Shown here: positions 25,403 to 37,655 of the stretch, piece by piece
Numbering within the stretch: the stretch's first letter is position 1
How the letters are laid out: every line of letters begins with the position of its first letter
Assembly (NCBI RefSeq): GCF_011386835.1
Contig: NC_088811.1
Coordinates: 2,356,001 to 2,420,000, forward strand
Length of the DNA: 64,000 nt
Source: Chrysemys picta bellii
Taxonomy: Eukaryota
Direction: 5' to 3'
The notes under the pieces: model-generated
Seen by the model: only the letters and a program-made list of their open reading frames with translations
What the model was told of the DNA's origin: nothing
Databases searched by the model: none
Made by a program: the position numbers and the translations under genes

Positions 25403-28400
25403 AAATGAAGGTGACGCAGATATGTGTTACAGACTTTTAACAATGCCTGTTAGTGTACCCTACAGGTAAGTATTACTGACCTGAATCAAAGCACTAAATC
25501 CAATTTGCAAATGGAGCAAAAAATAAAATCTGAAGTTTGAATATTAATAGCTTGCATGAGCATTACTGTTGTTACACAAATTCAACAAATCATTGTGTCT
25601 AGGGTGTTTTAATTGTTCTCAGTACTGTGAAAGAACACTGCGAATTATCTCTTTCAAGGTGCGTTAATTTCGTCTCCATTTACTGGTTTGTGGGTTCAGT
25701 TCCTCTCCAAGATTTTTCTCTGCCTATTTAGACATGAAGTGCTGCTGCTGGCTGGGCCAGTCCCCTTTGTATATTACTGGAAATTTCCTTTCAGGGATAT
25801 GGTTTGAGGGTAAAGAAACCTCCCTTTTTGCCTTTTGTTCATCAGCTGCCCATGAGGATTGGAGAAGGTCTGAGCCTTTCCACATCCTGTCCCTATTTCA
25901 TCCCACATGCCTGTTCCCACCTCAGCTTCAGCACCGACCTCTCCAAGCATTTGTCCCCTTTTGCTCCAGTGTCTCTTCCTCCTTTAGTTTTTAGACAGAT
26001 TGGTGACCATACAGAGTGGACATTATATGTTCCCTGGTCCTTGGTGGATCTTATAGGGTAGGTGGGAGGGTGGTACCCTGCAGTGGTGTGACTATTTTTC
26101 TGTATGGATATATTCTGGCTGTGTAGTGTGTGGAAAAGTGACAAGGGCAAGCAAGGATTCACTCTGTCTGGCCTCTGGCTCCTTTGGACTGAGATACTTT
26201 ACCAGGGCAGTTAACACTCAAGGGAATGGCTCAGATTCCATTTTGGAGCCTCTCAAAGCCTGACGTTTACATGGCCGCAGTCAGCACACGCCTCAAAACT
26301 TTCCAAACTTTTTTTCCTTTGTGGCACCCTTTCAAGAGTGACCAATGATTTGACCTTGAGATACATCACAGCCTGAGATGGCTGAGAGACTGGCCCTATT
26401 GGAGCTCAGCCCCTCTGAACACCAGGCCTTTGCCTCTTGAATGGGGCACCCAAAATAAGTGACTTTTTTTGAAAACTGCAGCTTAGCTGTGTGGTATTCT
26501 ATTGGAAGCCGTTGGCCATGCCATTGAGAATTTCATCTCCAGGAAATGAAAAGATCAGTGATGTGGATCAAAACATGCTGAGAGATTCAGGTGAGATAAG
26601 CATCCAAAACTTCAGATGCTTATTTGAAACCTGCTTTGTTCCATTCTCTAGTGCAAGTGCAGACAATGGCTTCCATTTGTCGTGGAATGGGTTTAAGCAT
26701 CACCAGTCCAGTGAAATCACACTAATGGTGAATCATTCTAAGTATTGCCCCACATATGCACTAGTGGTGTCATAAGCTGCTTCAATTGCAATGGCTTCTG
26801 GGTACCTATTCCACATTTGCTGGCTTAGCTCTCAGAAGCAGTGCATTCTGGGAGATTTCTCAAAGCTACCTGTGCTCTGTGGGACAGAAGGCTAGTCAAA
26901 CCTTTTCTGCCTTTCTGCTTCCACACTGGCACTAAACCAGTTCAGAGTGAAGCAGTTAAGTTTTAATGGTTACTAAACCTGCTGAGAGACTGCCTGTTCT
27001 AAACAGCTGTGGCCCTTTTATGTTCTATAAAGGCTCCAGGGGCTGAAAGTGATGCCATGTCTTTAATGTAAACCAGGGCCTACTGCTGGAATCTCTCAAG
27101 AATGAGTTTCTCTGGTGCAGTTCCTGGGACACTCCCTGGTTCGGTCTGGGCTGGAAATACAGGTCCCTCCTGTAGCATTGAAGTGCTTACCAGAATTAGA
27201 AGTTGCAGAGTCATGAGACATTAAAAGACTTTTAAAAATGGAAACGTAAAGGGCTATTTTCAAAGGCTGGCTTTTGGTTTTTGGTGGGCTGTCTGAAGCA
27301 ATTCCCTGAGCCCCAATGAACATTCAGCTGAACTAGCCCCAGATCGGAGTTGTTCTGCTCCTTTTGAGCAGGCACAATGATTTTTTGGTGAGCTAAGCTG
27401 TGTACCCTAGTGTACATAAGTGCCATCAGCAGACCCATCTCCTCTCCGCTCCACAGAGTGCGATTACACGTAGCAACGGGGGAAAGCTGAACAATTCGCA
27501 CACAAATGGTGATAGATCAGTGGGCACTTCAAACCAGAGCTGGAGCAAACTGCTGCCTCCTCTATTTTCCCTGAGCCCCATGGCTCATCACGGACTCTGC
27601 AAAGTGATCTTCGCCAGCTGCACAAATAACATCTCAGGTCCCCCTTCTCCCACCCCTGGCCTTTGATTTATGTTTCTAGCCATGAACTGACATCATTATG
27701 TATAAAGCTGGGCTACAGGGAGGTACAGCAGAAGTAATGTGGTACATGGGGTGGGGGGGTATAAGGCTGGTGATGTGATTTCAAGATCTCTCTAGAATGC
27801 TTTTTCTTGGTCTCTGCCTGGAGGCCTGAGGGTTCCAGTCCCCCGTGTGGCTCCCACAGTTCCTTACACCCCATGGCATAGTGACTATCCCTTCAGCAAA
27901 GAAGGAAAGAGAAAGGCTTCCGTGGGAGCCCATCCGAGCCGTTCCTCAAGCAGCTAGAGCTTGTGATGAGCGGATGTAAAAAACTGCTCAGAGGAAGATG
28001 TTTGACTTCTTACAGTTCAGTGGCAAAATTCCCAGAAGACTTCTTATTTGTTCTGAGCCTGTCCTATCCTCACAGAATTCCCTGAGCAGGCCCCAGGGTT
28101 GCAGGGACTGAACGGGACTTCTCTTGCAATTGGGCCTCTTCGTTGCTGGGGTCACTGTGGCTCTGGGCACCAGATCTGAGAGTAGGGAGACATGCTCTTG
28201 TTCTGTCAGTGTCCCCCTCATGGCACACAGGAGAAGGAGGAATGTACGGGGTGAGTAGGAGATGGCGGGGGCGGGGGTAGGTTACAGAGGGATAGTTGCA
28301 GAAGGAGGAGAGGGAGACAGAGATGGACACGCTGGGGGAGTGGAGGTGGTGACATGTTAGAGAAAAGGAGAGAGGTCAGGCTGAGGTGGGAGAGAGGGTA

Positions 28401-28423
28401 TAGTATATAGTAAATGAGGTTGT

Positions 28424-28554
28424 GAGGTCTGATTTGCAGAAGTCAGTGGGAGCTCATCTCTGAACTTATAACGTCGTAGAAAATGCTAAGAACTCTGAAA
28501 AATCAGGCCCTAGGTATCTTAAATTGGATGCCCACCATTTTGACAATTTTGGCC
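28424..28554. mobile_element. Short MITE-like element abutting a MIR core at TTAA
   Basis: GAGGTCTGATTTGCAGAAG...CTGAAAAATCAGGCCC...ATTTTGACAATTTTGGCC is immediately followed by TTAA and the MIR core. Confidence 0.45.
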
Positions 28555-28695
28555 TTAAGATCTGTGCCTCAGTTCCCAATCTGTAAAGTGGGGAGAATAG
28601 CCCCTCACTTCAGTTGATTTTGTGAAGATAAATTCATTGATGTTTGTGAAGCACTCTGGTCCAAGGGTGGTGAGCGCCAGAGAAAAGTCCATGAG
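28555..28695 (+). mobile_element. MIR-like CORE-SINE, 3' half
   Basis: TCTGTGCCTCAGTTCCCAATCTGTAAAGTGGGGAGAATAG...TTGTGAAGATAAATTCATTGATGTTTGTGAAGCACT. Confidence 0.7.
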
Positions 28696-29263
28696 GAAGT
28701 GCAGAGTTTGGGGATAATGTGCAGCAAATGCCACAAAGGGAATGATGAGGATGAAAAGAAATACCCATCCAGTGAGCACCAGACATCCTGTGCACTGAAT
28801 GAGGCAGGTGTCCTATGGGAAAAAATAGCATGTGATTGTGTAATTAAAGACTATCATAGGGGCAAACTGAGGTTGCACAGGCAGCCTTTACATGGGCATT
28901 TCCTTACTTTTAAGTCCTTGGTTTTTCAACCTTAACTTTCTTTCTAACACAGTTTTTTTATATATATATGTAACTGCCTAAGATGAAGATGGGAAGTTAA
29001 TATGTGTTCTGTGACTGTGTGATGAATAGACGGGAAGGATAGATTAATTTGTTCCACCTGGGAAATGATCTGAGTGAGAAGCTTCTAGTTACCTGGACTG
29101 TGCATTTCTTAGGAGTATGTGTTTGAGCGAGAGCAGTAAATCCTTTTGTATCCATTCTGAGGCGGGTTGTAACTAATTGGCTGCATTACTGACGTGGAAG
29201 AGTTATAATGGTTATAAGGCTAGATTATGGAACAGAAGGGAGAAAATTTACACAATGTTGCTC

Positions 29264-29338
29264 TGTTCACTTTGATACTGTTCACTTTGATACACACACA
29301 CACACACACACACGCACTCTCTCTCTCTCTCTCTCTCT
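29264..29338. repeat. 15-bp tandem duplication TGTTCACTTTGATAC followed by a compound (CA)n(CT)n microsatellite
   Basis: Directly visible. Confidence 0.9.
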
Positions 29339-29960
29339 AAGTTCCAATGACTTTTTCCCCAGCTTAGCTTTAATTAGATTCTATAAAACATTTCCAACTG
29401 AGAGTTCTGGTTCAGTAATTACTATATCTTTCAGGTTCAAAGAAACCAGCATCTCTCCTCTTAGTAATTTAACAGTACATTTCACACTTGAAGGGCTAAA
29501 TGCCCTCCAGATTTTCCAATCCTTTCTAACATAACTGGAAGAGGTATTGTTTTTACTACTAGCAAAAGCAACCTTTTCCTTTGATCTCTTCACTATAAAT
29601 TTGGCTAACGGTTGGAATTATCCCCAGCGCTGAGCACTAGGTGTGGAATCAAGTGACGAACATCCAGTCATTCTCTTCCCAAGTCAATCATTTGACATTT
29701 TTGAATGTGAAGCTCCCATGCCCATGTGAGGCCTGCCGTCTCACCAGTGCATGGAGAAAGGTTTTCATTTTATACTGTTGTACCTGAAAAGCCCTTCCTT
29801 TTAACCACTGCTCAAAATTGTGCTTTACCTAAAAGGAGGATCCTTCAAAAAAGACAAAACTTACAGAGGGACCAGATTTAAAACAGAGTAACGCCATGTC
29901 AGAACTGTCATCTCTGCTCATAGCTCAGAGTTATTTGTGTTTTTAAAATGGGCTCACAGC

Positions 29961-30470
29961 TATAGCTGGTTGGGAATATTTCATCTAAATGGTTTGGGTT
30001 TTTTTGACAGAAAATGCAGATGTGTCAAAACTGAATCTTTTTGTGGGAATGAATCAGTTCCAACAAAACTTTTATTAGGAAGGTTTCTCAGGTCAAAGAT
30101 GGGATTTTTAGTCAAAACCAGAGAGACCAGAATAACCAATCGGGGGTTGAATTTTGGTCTCCGATATCTCAGGTAAATGCCCTAATCCTGAAGCTATAGA
30201 GTCAACCTCTGTATAAATAAATAAACATGTAGTGGGTAACTAAGTGGCATATCTACAACAGGTGAGATTGAGAGTGGTTAAACCTGACCCATATCTCAGT
30301 TGATCCCCTAACGACTGGGTTTTTGGCTAGTCTGATCTCTCTTGTTCTCACTCTTGTTTTTCCTGAAAAATTTCAAAAGGTCTGAGTTTTGTCTCAATGC
30401 AGAACGAAACCAAATGCCAAAACTTAAATTTTCTACACAAAATGGAATTCTTGTTTTTCTGCCAGCCCTA
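29961..30470. mobile_element. hAT-type non-autonomous DNA transposon (510 bp)
   Basis: Perfect 8-bp TSD CTCACAGC (29953-29960 and 30471-30478). Imperfect TIR TATAGCTGGTTGG and CTGCCAGCCCTA. Confidence 0.8.
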
Positions 30471-31387
30471 CTCACAGCCCATCTGATTCTCAGCTGTATC
30501 AAAACTTTGTCCTGTTGAGGACCACTTAGCTCTCTATTTGCTCTTGCAGTGCAATTAAAGAATCACATTTTCAGCCGTGGCTTCTGATTTTGTAGCTGTG
30601 GAAATACACTGAGTCTGTAGAATTGCTTGTTCATCCCTTTGGCCTGTGCAAACATTTGCCTCTGAAAATTGGCTAGTTAGGTGCAAATATTGGTAGATGC
30701 ACAATTTTGTGAGAGCAAAAACTTGCATGTACTGCTTGGTGAGTGCAAAACAAATTTGGTTTAAGCCTTGCTTAAATGTCACCAGAAAATATCCTGGGAA
30801 GGATGATGGTGTCGTCAGCACCTCCAAGATCAAGATGAGCAACTGTCCAGGCTGCAAGGAATGAAGAAGTCTTATTCAAAGGTAGCAATCTGGGACCAGC
30901 TAGAACATTCCTATTTCTACACCTGGCTCTTTCCCCCGCCTGTTTAATGCTATTGGTAAAGTTCCCCTTTCGTGACAGCTCCACAGTCCACATTTTGCTT
31001 ATCACTCCTTTCCTCAGCTGCACTAAGTAAGATTCAGCATGTCTCCAACACGTTTTCCCTTGGAAAAGCCTTGCTTCCTGATCCATCATAAGCATGGCTA
31101 AGAAAAAACGAGCTGCAAAAAGAATAGACAGCCGCACGGCGAATGTTCGCTGATCTCCAAATGCAGCTGTAAGGTAGGAAAAGCTTCCATCAGCAGAGAG
31201 CTAATGAACTGGAGAGTTAGTGGGTGGGAGCTGAGGAGGTATAGTCCCAGGGAGAGGAAAATTACCAAACCTTCTCTCCCATTCTGTTTCTTTGCAAATT
31301 TTCACTAGAATTCCCACAAAGTTTCTTTTTCTGATCTAAGCAACAGAGGGTCCTGTGGCACCTTTGAGACTAACAGAAGTATAGGGA

Positions 31388-31428
31388 GCATAAGCTTTCG
31401 TGGGTAAGAACCTCACTTCTTCAGATGC
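31388..31428 (-). ncRNA. Minimal type I hammerhead ribozyme motif (Penelope pLTR), copy 2
   Basis: Minus strand: GCAT-CTGAAGA-A-GTG(A)GGT(TCTT)ACCCAC-GAAA-GC-TT-ATGC. Stem I GCAT/ATGC, intact cores and palindromic AGCT stem III. Confidence 0.75.
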
Positions 31429-31489
31429 AAGTAATGGAAATCTCCAGAGGCAGGTATAAATCAGTGTGGAGATAACGAGGTTAGTTCAA

Positions 31490-31964
31490 TCAGGGAGGCT
31501 GAGGTGCTCTGCTAGCTGTTGAGGTGTGAACACCAAGGGAGGAGAAACTGCTTCTGTAGTTGGATAGCCATTCACAGTCTTTGTTTAATCCTGATCTGAT
31601 GGTGTCAAATTTGCAAATGAACTGGAGCTCAGCAGTTTCTCTTTGGAGTCTGGTCCTGAAGTTTTTTTGCTGTAAGATGGCTACCTTTACATCTGCTATT
31701 GTGTGGCCGGGGAGGTTGAAGTGTTCTCCTACAGGTTTTTGTATATTGCCATTCCTGATATCTGACTTGTGTCCATTTATCCTCTTGCGTAGTGACTGTC
31801 CAGTTTGGCCAATGTACATAGCAGAGGGGCATTGCTGGCATATGATGGCATATATAACATTGGTGGACGTGCAGGTGAATGAGCTGGTGATGTTGTAACT
31901 GATGTGGTTAGGTCCTGTGATGGTGTTGCTGGTGTAGATATGTGGGCAGAGTTGGCATCGAGGT
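31490..31964 (-). pseudogene. Penelope GIY-YIG (Uri) endonuclease coding segment, open frame to the stop but lacking RT and start
   Basis: Part of ORF 31490-32047. Residues upstream of KPRCQLC come from flanking DNA beyond the TSD. Confidence 0.85.
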
Positions 31965-32585
31965 TTTTTCTGATCTGTTTGCTTTATGCCAGAATGACAG
32001 CTCTGGAGATGAGGCAGGCACAAGATCAGGGCAAACTTTGCTGCCATGTCCTGCCATTGCGCTTCACTTCCGACCTGGACAGACCCGGTCTAGGATTGAG
32101 GGCAGTGTGGGGCAGAGATTCAGTCCCCACAGCCCTTTCCATACCCGGCTTCTCAGCAGACTGACAGCATGGGGTCATTTGGTGCTGGTTGTAGGAGCGC
32201 ACACGCTGCAGGGCTTTGAATGATCAGAGGCAGCAGGCCTTTGCTGACTGTGCCTTTACCGCAGCACCACAGGACTCCATCAATGGGGAGACCCCCTTTC
32301 AGGCAGTGAGCAGATGATCTTACCGTATTTTCAGCTGGTTCCCTGCAGACTCATCTTGCAAGTAAATGGAGTGTGACAGAACACTTTGCAATCTGCACAG
32401 CAAGATGGGAGAATGTCGTCTTCAGTGACCTGAATAACATGCTTTGGTGCTCACTAACTACCCTCCCGGAGTGGGTCTGCCAGCCCATCTGAAACTGGCT
32501 TTTGAACTCTACTTTGATTGCTGGCTTCAGACTTTGTTCAGCCGCTGGGGCTGCACTCGTGTGGCTTCGCAAAGCTGCCACAGAC

Positions 32586-32708
32586 TAGGGTTACCAGATG
32601 TCCCAATTTTATAGGGATAGTCCCGATTTTTGGGTCTTTTTCTTGTATAGGCTCCTATTACCCCCATCCCCTGTCCTGATTTTTCACATTTGCTGTCTGA
32701 TCACCTGA
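32586..32708. mobile_element. 123-bp hAT MITE (TAGGGTTACCA termini, Tip100-like)
   Basis: 8-bp TSD CCACAGAC (32578-32585 and 32709-32716). Near-identical to 60789-60911. Confidence 0.9.
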
Positions 32709-33704
32709 CCACAGACTCATTTTACTGTGGCTCTTGCCGTGACGTCGAGGCTTTTTTTGCACATTGATAAATGATTTAAAAACAAAGCAACTTGCACCAG
32801 AAGTCCCATAGTTGGATTTCACCTCTTTGCTTACTGGGCACAGGGGTTAAACTCTTTACTGGTGTAATTGGGCCCTGCTACATTGACATCAGTGAAGTTA
32901 CATCCATTTGTATCAGCAGAGAATTTGTGTGTGGAAATGGAGGATTGGCAAAATCCAGGCACGTAATAATAACAATCCTGGTACAGTGCTGGTTCACAGC
33001 GTCTTCCTTCCAAGGATCTCAAATCCCTTTTCAAATGTCAGCAGTGAATAACATGCACTCGTCTGGCTGCCCTTAGCGCTTGCAATTACTGGAGTGCCGC
33101 TTTGGTGTTTAACAAGAGGCAATTATGATTTTATTAAAACAGTCTGCAACAACATTTATACTTTAACTGGAAAACACACACAGATGAGTTGTTAGTGCCA
33201 AACGTGAAGTTCACACCCAGGCCTCATGCTAGCATTGCTGGCTTGACAAATGCTAATATGTGGCTAGCTACGGTTCCCGTACACACCTCTGACCATCCAA
33301 ATGAGGGGAATTCCTCTGCTGCAGGGCTGGCAGAGGGCCAGCATTCTGTCCAGGGCCAGAACAGGGGCATGCGAGGGATATGTCTGGGAGCCGGGAATGG
33401 AGAGTAGAAATGGAATGGGTGCAGCCAGAAAGGGAAGTGCTCTGCTCTTGGCGGGGCAACCGCTGATAGGCAGCCATTCATGGCTGCCAGAAAGTAGGGC
33501 AATCCTCAGGGCAGCTCTTCTTTATCCTGGGTCCTGCACTGGCCCTCAGAGGAGCCCAAGATTAGGGAGACGCCAAGATGGCATGTAGCCATCTTTGCCC
33601 CCTCTCTTGAACTGCACTTTATGGGCTGTCCCGCATCAGAAGCGCAGCACAGAATCTGGTCCACTGCTCTCAGTGAGAGTTCATCTGTGTGGGGACTTTA
33701 TACA

Positions 33705-33762
<58 letters not shown>
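33705..33762. repeat. (ATCT)14 tetranucleotide microsatellite
   Basis: Directly visible. Confidence 0.97.
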
Positions 33763-35431
33763 GCATTTCTGCCATTCTAGAGTTACAGCGTTCTTTTACC
33801 CCAGCCCTTTAACCGTATTATAAGATAAGAGAGAAACAATCAATCGTCCATGTTTTAGAATACTGGCAGAGTGACCTGGTGCATATATTTCACACGACAT
33901 TTATACATAGAGCCATCTTCGGACTTCTTTGTTGTTAGACTCAGTAAGATGCTTATTTCTTCTCTTCATTCTCGTATCCCTGGTAAAAGCCAGGAGTTTT
34001 CTAGGCCACGCTAAAGAAAAGCCAGCGTGGCTTTTTCTCTACACCCTCATCTCTGGCACAGTCATTTACACCACTGTAGTATGGGTGTAAAATGATGACA
34101 GTCTGATCTGGCAGGTGTTCACACCCCTTTCCCCCAGAGGTACATGCACACGTTACTGGAGAATCTGGCCCAATATCTTCACGGTATATTAGGTTTCCAT
34201 AGCAATGCCTGATTCTCCTAATTTACATCAACGTTGCACCAGTGTAACTCCACTGACTTCACTGCAGGTCCTCCTGATGTACACCTGTGTGTATGAGTCT
34301 CCCTCGTGTCTGCATTTAGAAGTAACAGTGCTTTGTGAAAGGGCTGGATCATTGTCAATGGAAGTGATCTGCTGGGACAAACTCCCTAATTTAGCAACAA
34401 CATTAACAGTAAAAAACAAACAAACCTCTGCTTTATGAACTGGATTAAGCCATAATGTCATCTGATCTGTGATAATTCCCCAATAACATTCCCCACGGAG
34501 GAACATTCAGCTCCTATAACCATGAGTGCAAGGGAAGATTTAGAAATGCCAAAAAGTAACAAGTGCTTGGAAGCCTCTAGTCATTGTTCTGAAAAGATTA
34601 TCTCAAACTTTGGGACGATTGACCTTTTCATTTGCTCGGTATTCTTGTTCACACCCAAAGGTGTTACCTGCAGCAACACAAAACATACTGCAAGCTTCCA
34701 AGCCAGAGGTGGGGAATAGCCTTTGCAGTGGAGTTTTAACAACAACTTTCCTAATAAAGAAAGAAAATTCATTTAAAAATGGTAGAAATGTACTCTGGAG
34801 AGAAATTTAGCTTCATGGCAAAGCACTATTTGCTGGCAGTAAATATACATGAGCTTTAGGACATCCACATTATTCTTTAAGTATCGGGCTACTATAGAGG
34901 TGGACAGCATTATACTGAGTTCTAATTCACAGCATTCATGAAGGAAGCAGATTAATGGGGAAATGGAATTATTTGTAACCTAATTCATTCCCCTTATACT
35001 GAGAGCTGCAGTTAATCCCTTTACAGGAAAAATAGTTTATTCTGAAAAGGATTGTGCCCTAGTGATTTGCAGACCCAAAAGAAAGGGAGTGTGAGGATCG
35101 AGTAGGTGTTTACTTGGGACCGGCAAACCTCAAATGAATTGAAGCTCCTCCAAACTACCTCTGAGCTCTTGGAATGCAAAACTGGACAGGAAATCTTACA
35201 ACAAGCATCTCTCTCCTGGTGTTTCAAGGCATCCGGTTCTGGTCCCAGGCACAATCTTTCATATTTCACAATATGAAAATTGGGAAAAAAGAAAATGCTT
35301 CTGTCAGCTCTGCATGGATCTCCTCCCTTTGACGGGGAAGAGGGGCTCAGGATCAGTGTCCTCTATGGAGTGGGGACCGGATGGCCTATGGGTCACAATG
35401 AATTATGCATAGTTAATTCCTTCTCCCACAC

Positions 35432-36290
35432 TGAAGGGTTAAAATCCATGTGCATTTTATATAACAACCTGGTATATGGATTGTGCCAGCTCTTTTTCAG
35501 ATCCAAAGTCCAGAGTTTGGTCTGGAGACCAGAGGCCTAGCAAATAGTGATTAGCAAAGAGAAAAGCAGAATAAACAAGAGAACATTGCCTTTGCTAAGA
35601 TCTGCTTGGTCAGTAGAAATGCCAGATGTTGAAGCAATAACTGAATAATTATGTTTCATCCAATGTTTCAAATTGAACAAAGGATCCCTGTTCCTATTGT
35701 GTTTCTCCTGAAGGGAAAACAGTCTTCCCACAGATCCAACCTTGGGTTTATGAAAATTGGCACATGTCAGTATAAAGATATGGCATCCTTCCATCTCCCT
35801 TCCAAGGGACCAATGCCCTGCTTCAAGACATAAAGGAGACAATCTGTATTGTCATATACTCTCACTGTTTCTTTGCTTTAACCCCTAGGAATGTACCTGT
35901 TGGACAATCAAAGGAGTTGCTATGGACCCCAAATCATATTCCTATGGTCCCCAAATCAGAATTCAACATATATATATATTTTATACTAATAACCTTTTAT
36001 CAAAGTATTAATTAAATGTTAACTTGCTAACTTGAGACCATTGGCGGAGACATTATGTAACCTTTTAACCATTGGCTACTGTGCTATCTTGTCTTGCTGC
36101 AAAATCTATCCCGGGGTGTGGAACTGCCTACCCCGTCACTTTCCCCCACCCATGGAAAATCTATATATTCCATTGTAATCAATTGATTGACAATGTCTCT
36201 GAGCCTAGTAAGCAAGGTGACACTCTGCCAGCACTGTGTGTAATAAACGCTTATGCTTGACCTCTACACGGTGTGGATTTATGTCCTTCA
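35432..36290 (+). mobile_element. Solo LTR (859 bp), ERV- or Gypsy-type
   Basis: Starts TGAAGG and ends CCTTCA (perfect 6-bp inverted termini). 5-bp TSD CACAC (35427-35431 and 36291-36295). AATAAA at 36242-36247 near the 3' end, with CCATTGG and TATA-like motifs upstream. Confidence 0.8.
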
Positions 36291-37460
36291 CACACCCTGT
36301 AAATTTTCATCCCAAAAGTAATTTGTTTTGTGTTTGTCTGAGGTTCAGAAAAAGTTTGGCTCCTTTTTGTCCATTTTGACTGGAGCATCTACATTTCAGG
36401 AGAAGGGTCAAGAAAAACTGTTCTCATGGCATTCCTGGATGGACTGGAAACAGGAAATCCCGCATAGCGATGAATGAAGAAGCGGCTTTTTTTCTAAGAT
36501 TCCCACACCAGTTTAGCAGACTTAAGAAACTTGGTGGCTCTAGAGAAGTTTTCCATAAGCTCCAATCCTAAATGAAAATGGAAAGCCCATGCGCTCATTG
36601 TTCTGGTCCATTCTCCAGTTCCCAGCGGTTTGCTGCAGAGAAAATCCCCCTGACCCTTATTTTCTAGTAATTCAGGGAGCTCCTCACAAATGAGCATTTG
36701 CTCTCACAGATGGGTTCTGATTGTGTTGCAAGGTAAATTCCCGGTCCCTGAGATGGGAGGGATCTTATCATTAGCTGCCAGTGGGCTAAGCCCATGCCTC
36801 TTTCATGGCTATCTGTTAAGCAAGTGGAGATCAAAAGAGGCAGCAGGGGAGTGTGTGGATATGAGTTTGTGGATGGATTTGGTATTGAATTTTCAAACAC
36901 AGAAGAAGTTGTTTATTTTTAAGTGGGTGTCCTTGGGGTATAAAATTACAAAACAGCAGCAAGAAGAAATGGAGATGAGAGAGGCTGGCACGGCAGGGAA
37001 TGTGTGGAGGCGACTGCGACTCAGGGCTGGCACAGCTGGCTCCAGAGGAGGGGCAGAGGAGGGCAAATGGGGATTAGAAGACTCCAAAAATCAAAGCTGA
37101 ACCAACTCTCAAAACAAAGAAACCATTCCACATCCGAGGGAAGCATCACAAAAGCATTGGGAGAGTTAACTGTGTAGGGACAAAAGACTGAATGTTTCCA
37201 GCTCTGATTTGTATGGAATTTTTTTCTCTAAAAAGACTAACACTCTGGGTTGAAGATTCCTATGGAGCTGGATATACTCTATAACAAGTGAAAGCCTGCT
37301 GCACTCCGTACAATTACTGCACGAGGGGTACCAGCAGCACACAGAGCTGGCTACGGACTATCCCTTCTGAACGAGCAGTGTTGGAATTGATGTTTTGCGT
37401 TGTGCAGACAGTCTCTGTGATTTGAGTGGAGTTCATTGCAAGAGCAGCTGTAGATAAGAA

Positions 37461-37655
37461 TCTGTGTCTCAGTTCCTCGTCTGTAAAATGGGGATAATAA
37501 TCTTTCCTCTGTTTCTTCTGTATTTAGACTGTAAGATCTTTGGAGTGTGGACTGTCTCTCGCTCCATGTTTGTACAGCATCTGGCACAATGGGACCTCAG
37601 TTACAAGTGGGGCCTCTAGGACTACTATAATAAATATCATCATCATCATCATCAT
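37461..37655 (+). mobile_element. MIR-like CORE-SINE 3' half with L2-type tail
   Basis: TCTGTGTCTCAGTTCCTCGTCTGTAAAATGGGGATAATAAT...TATTTAGACTGTAAGATCTTTGGAG...TGTTTGTACAGCATCTGGCACAATGGG. Confidence 0.7.

Larger units (their letters stand above)
31338..31964 (-). mobile_element. 5'-truncated Penelope-like retroelement with GIY-YIG endonuclease domain and 3' pLTR
   Basis: 12-bp TSD TTTTTCTGATCT (31326-31337 and 31965-31976). The translation has KPRCQLCPHI, NVIYAIICQQCPSAMYIGQT, RINGHKSDI, VGEHF and GLNKD, the Penelope-type GIY-YIG layout with Cys/His residues. Confidence 0.95.

Noticed and set aside
31965-32047. N-terminal 28 aa of the 185-aa GIY-YIG ORF as a real leader
   Set aside because: It is encoded by the TSD and flanking DNA outside the element, and it starts at TTG.
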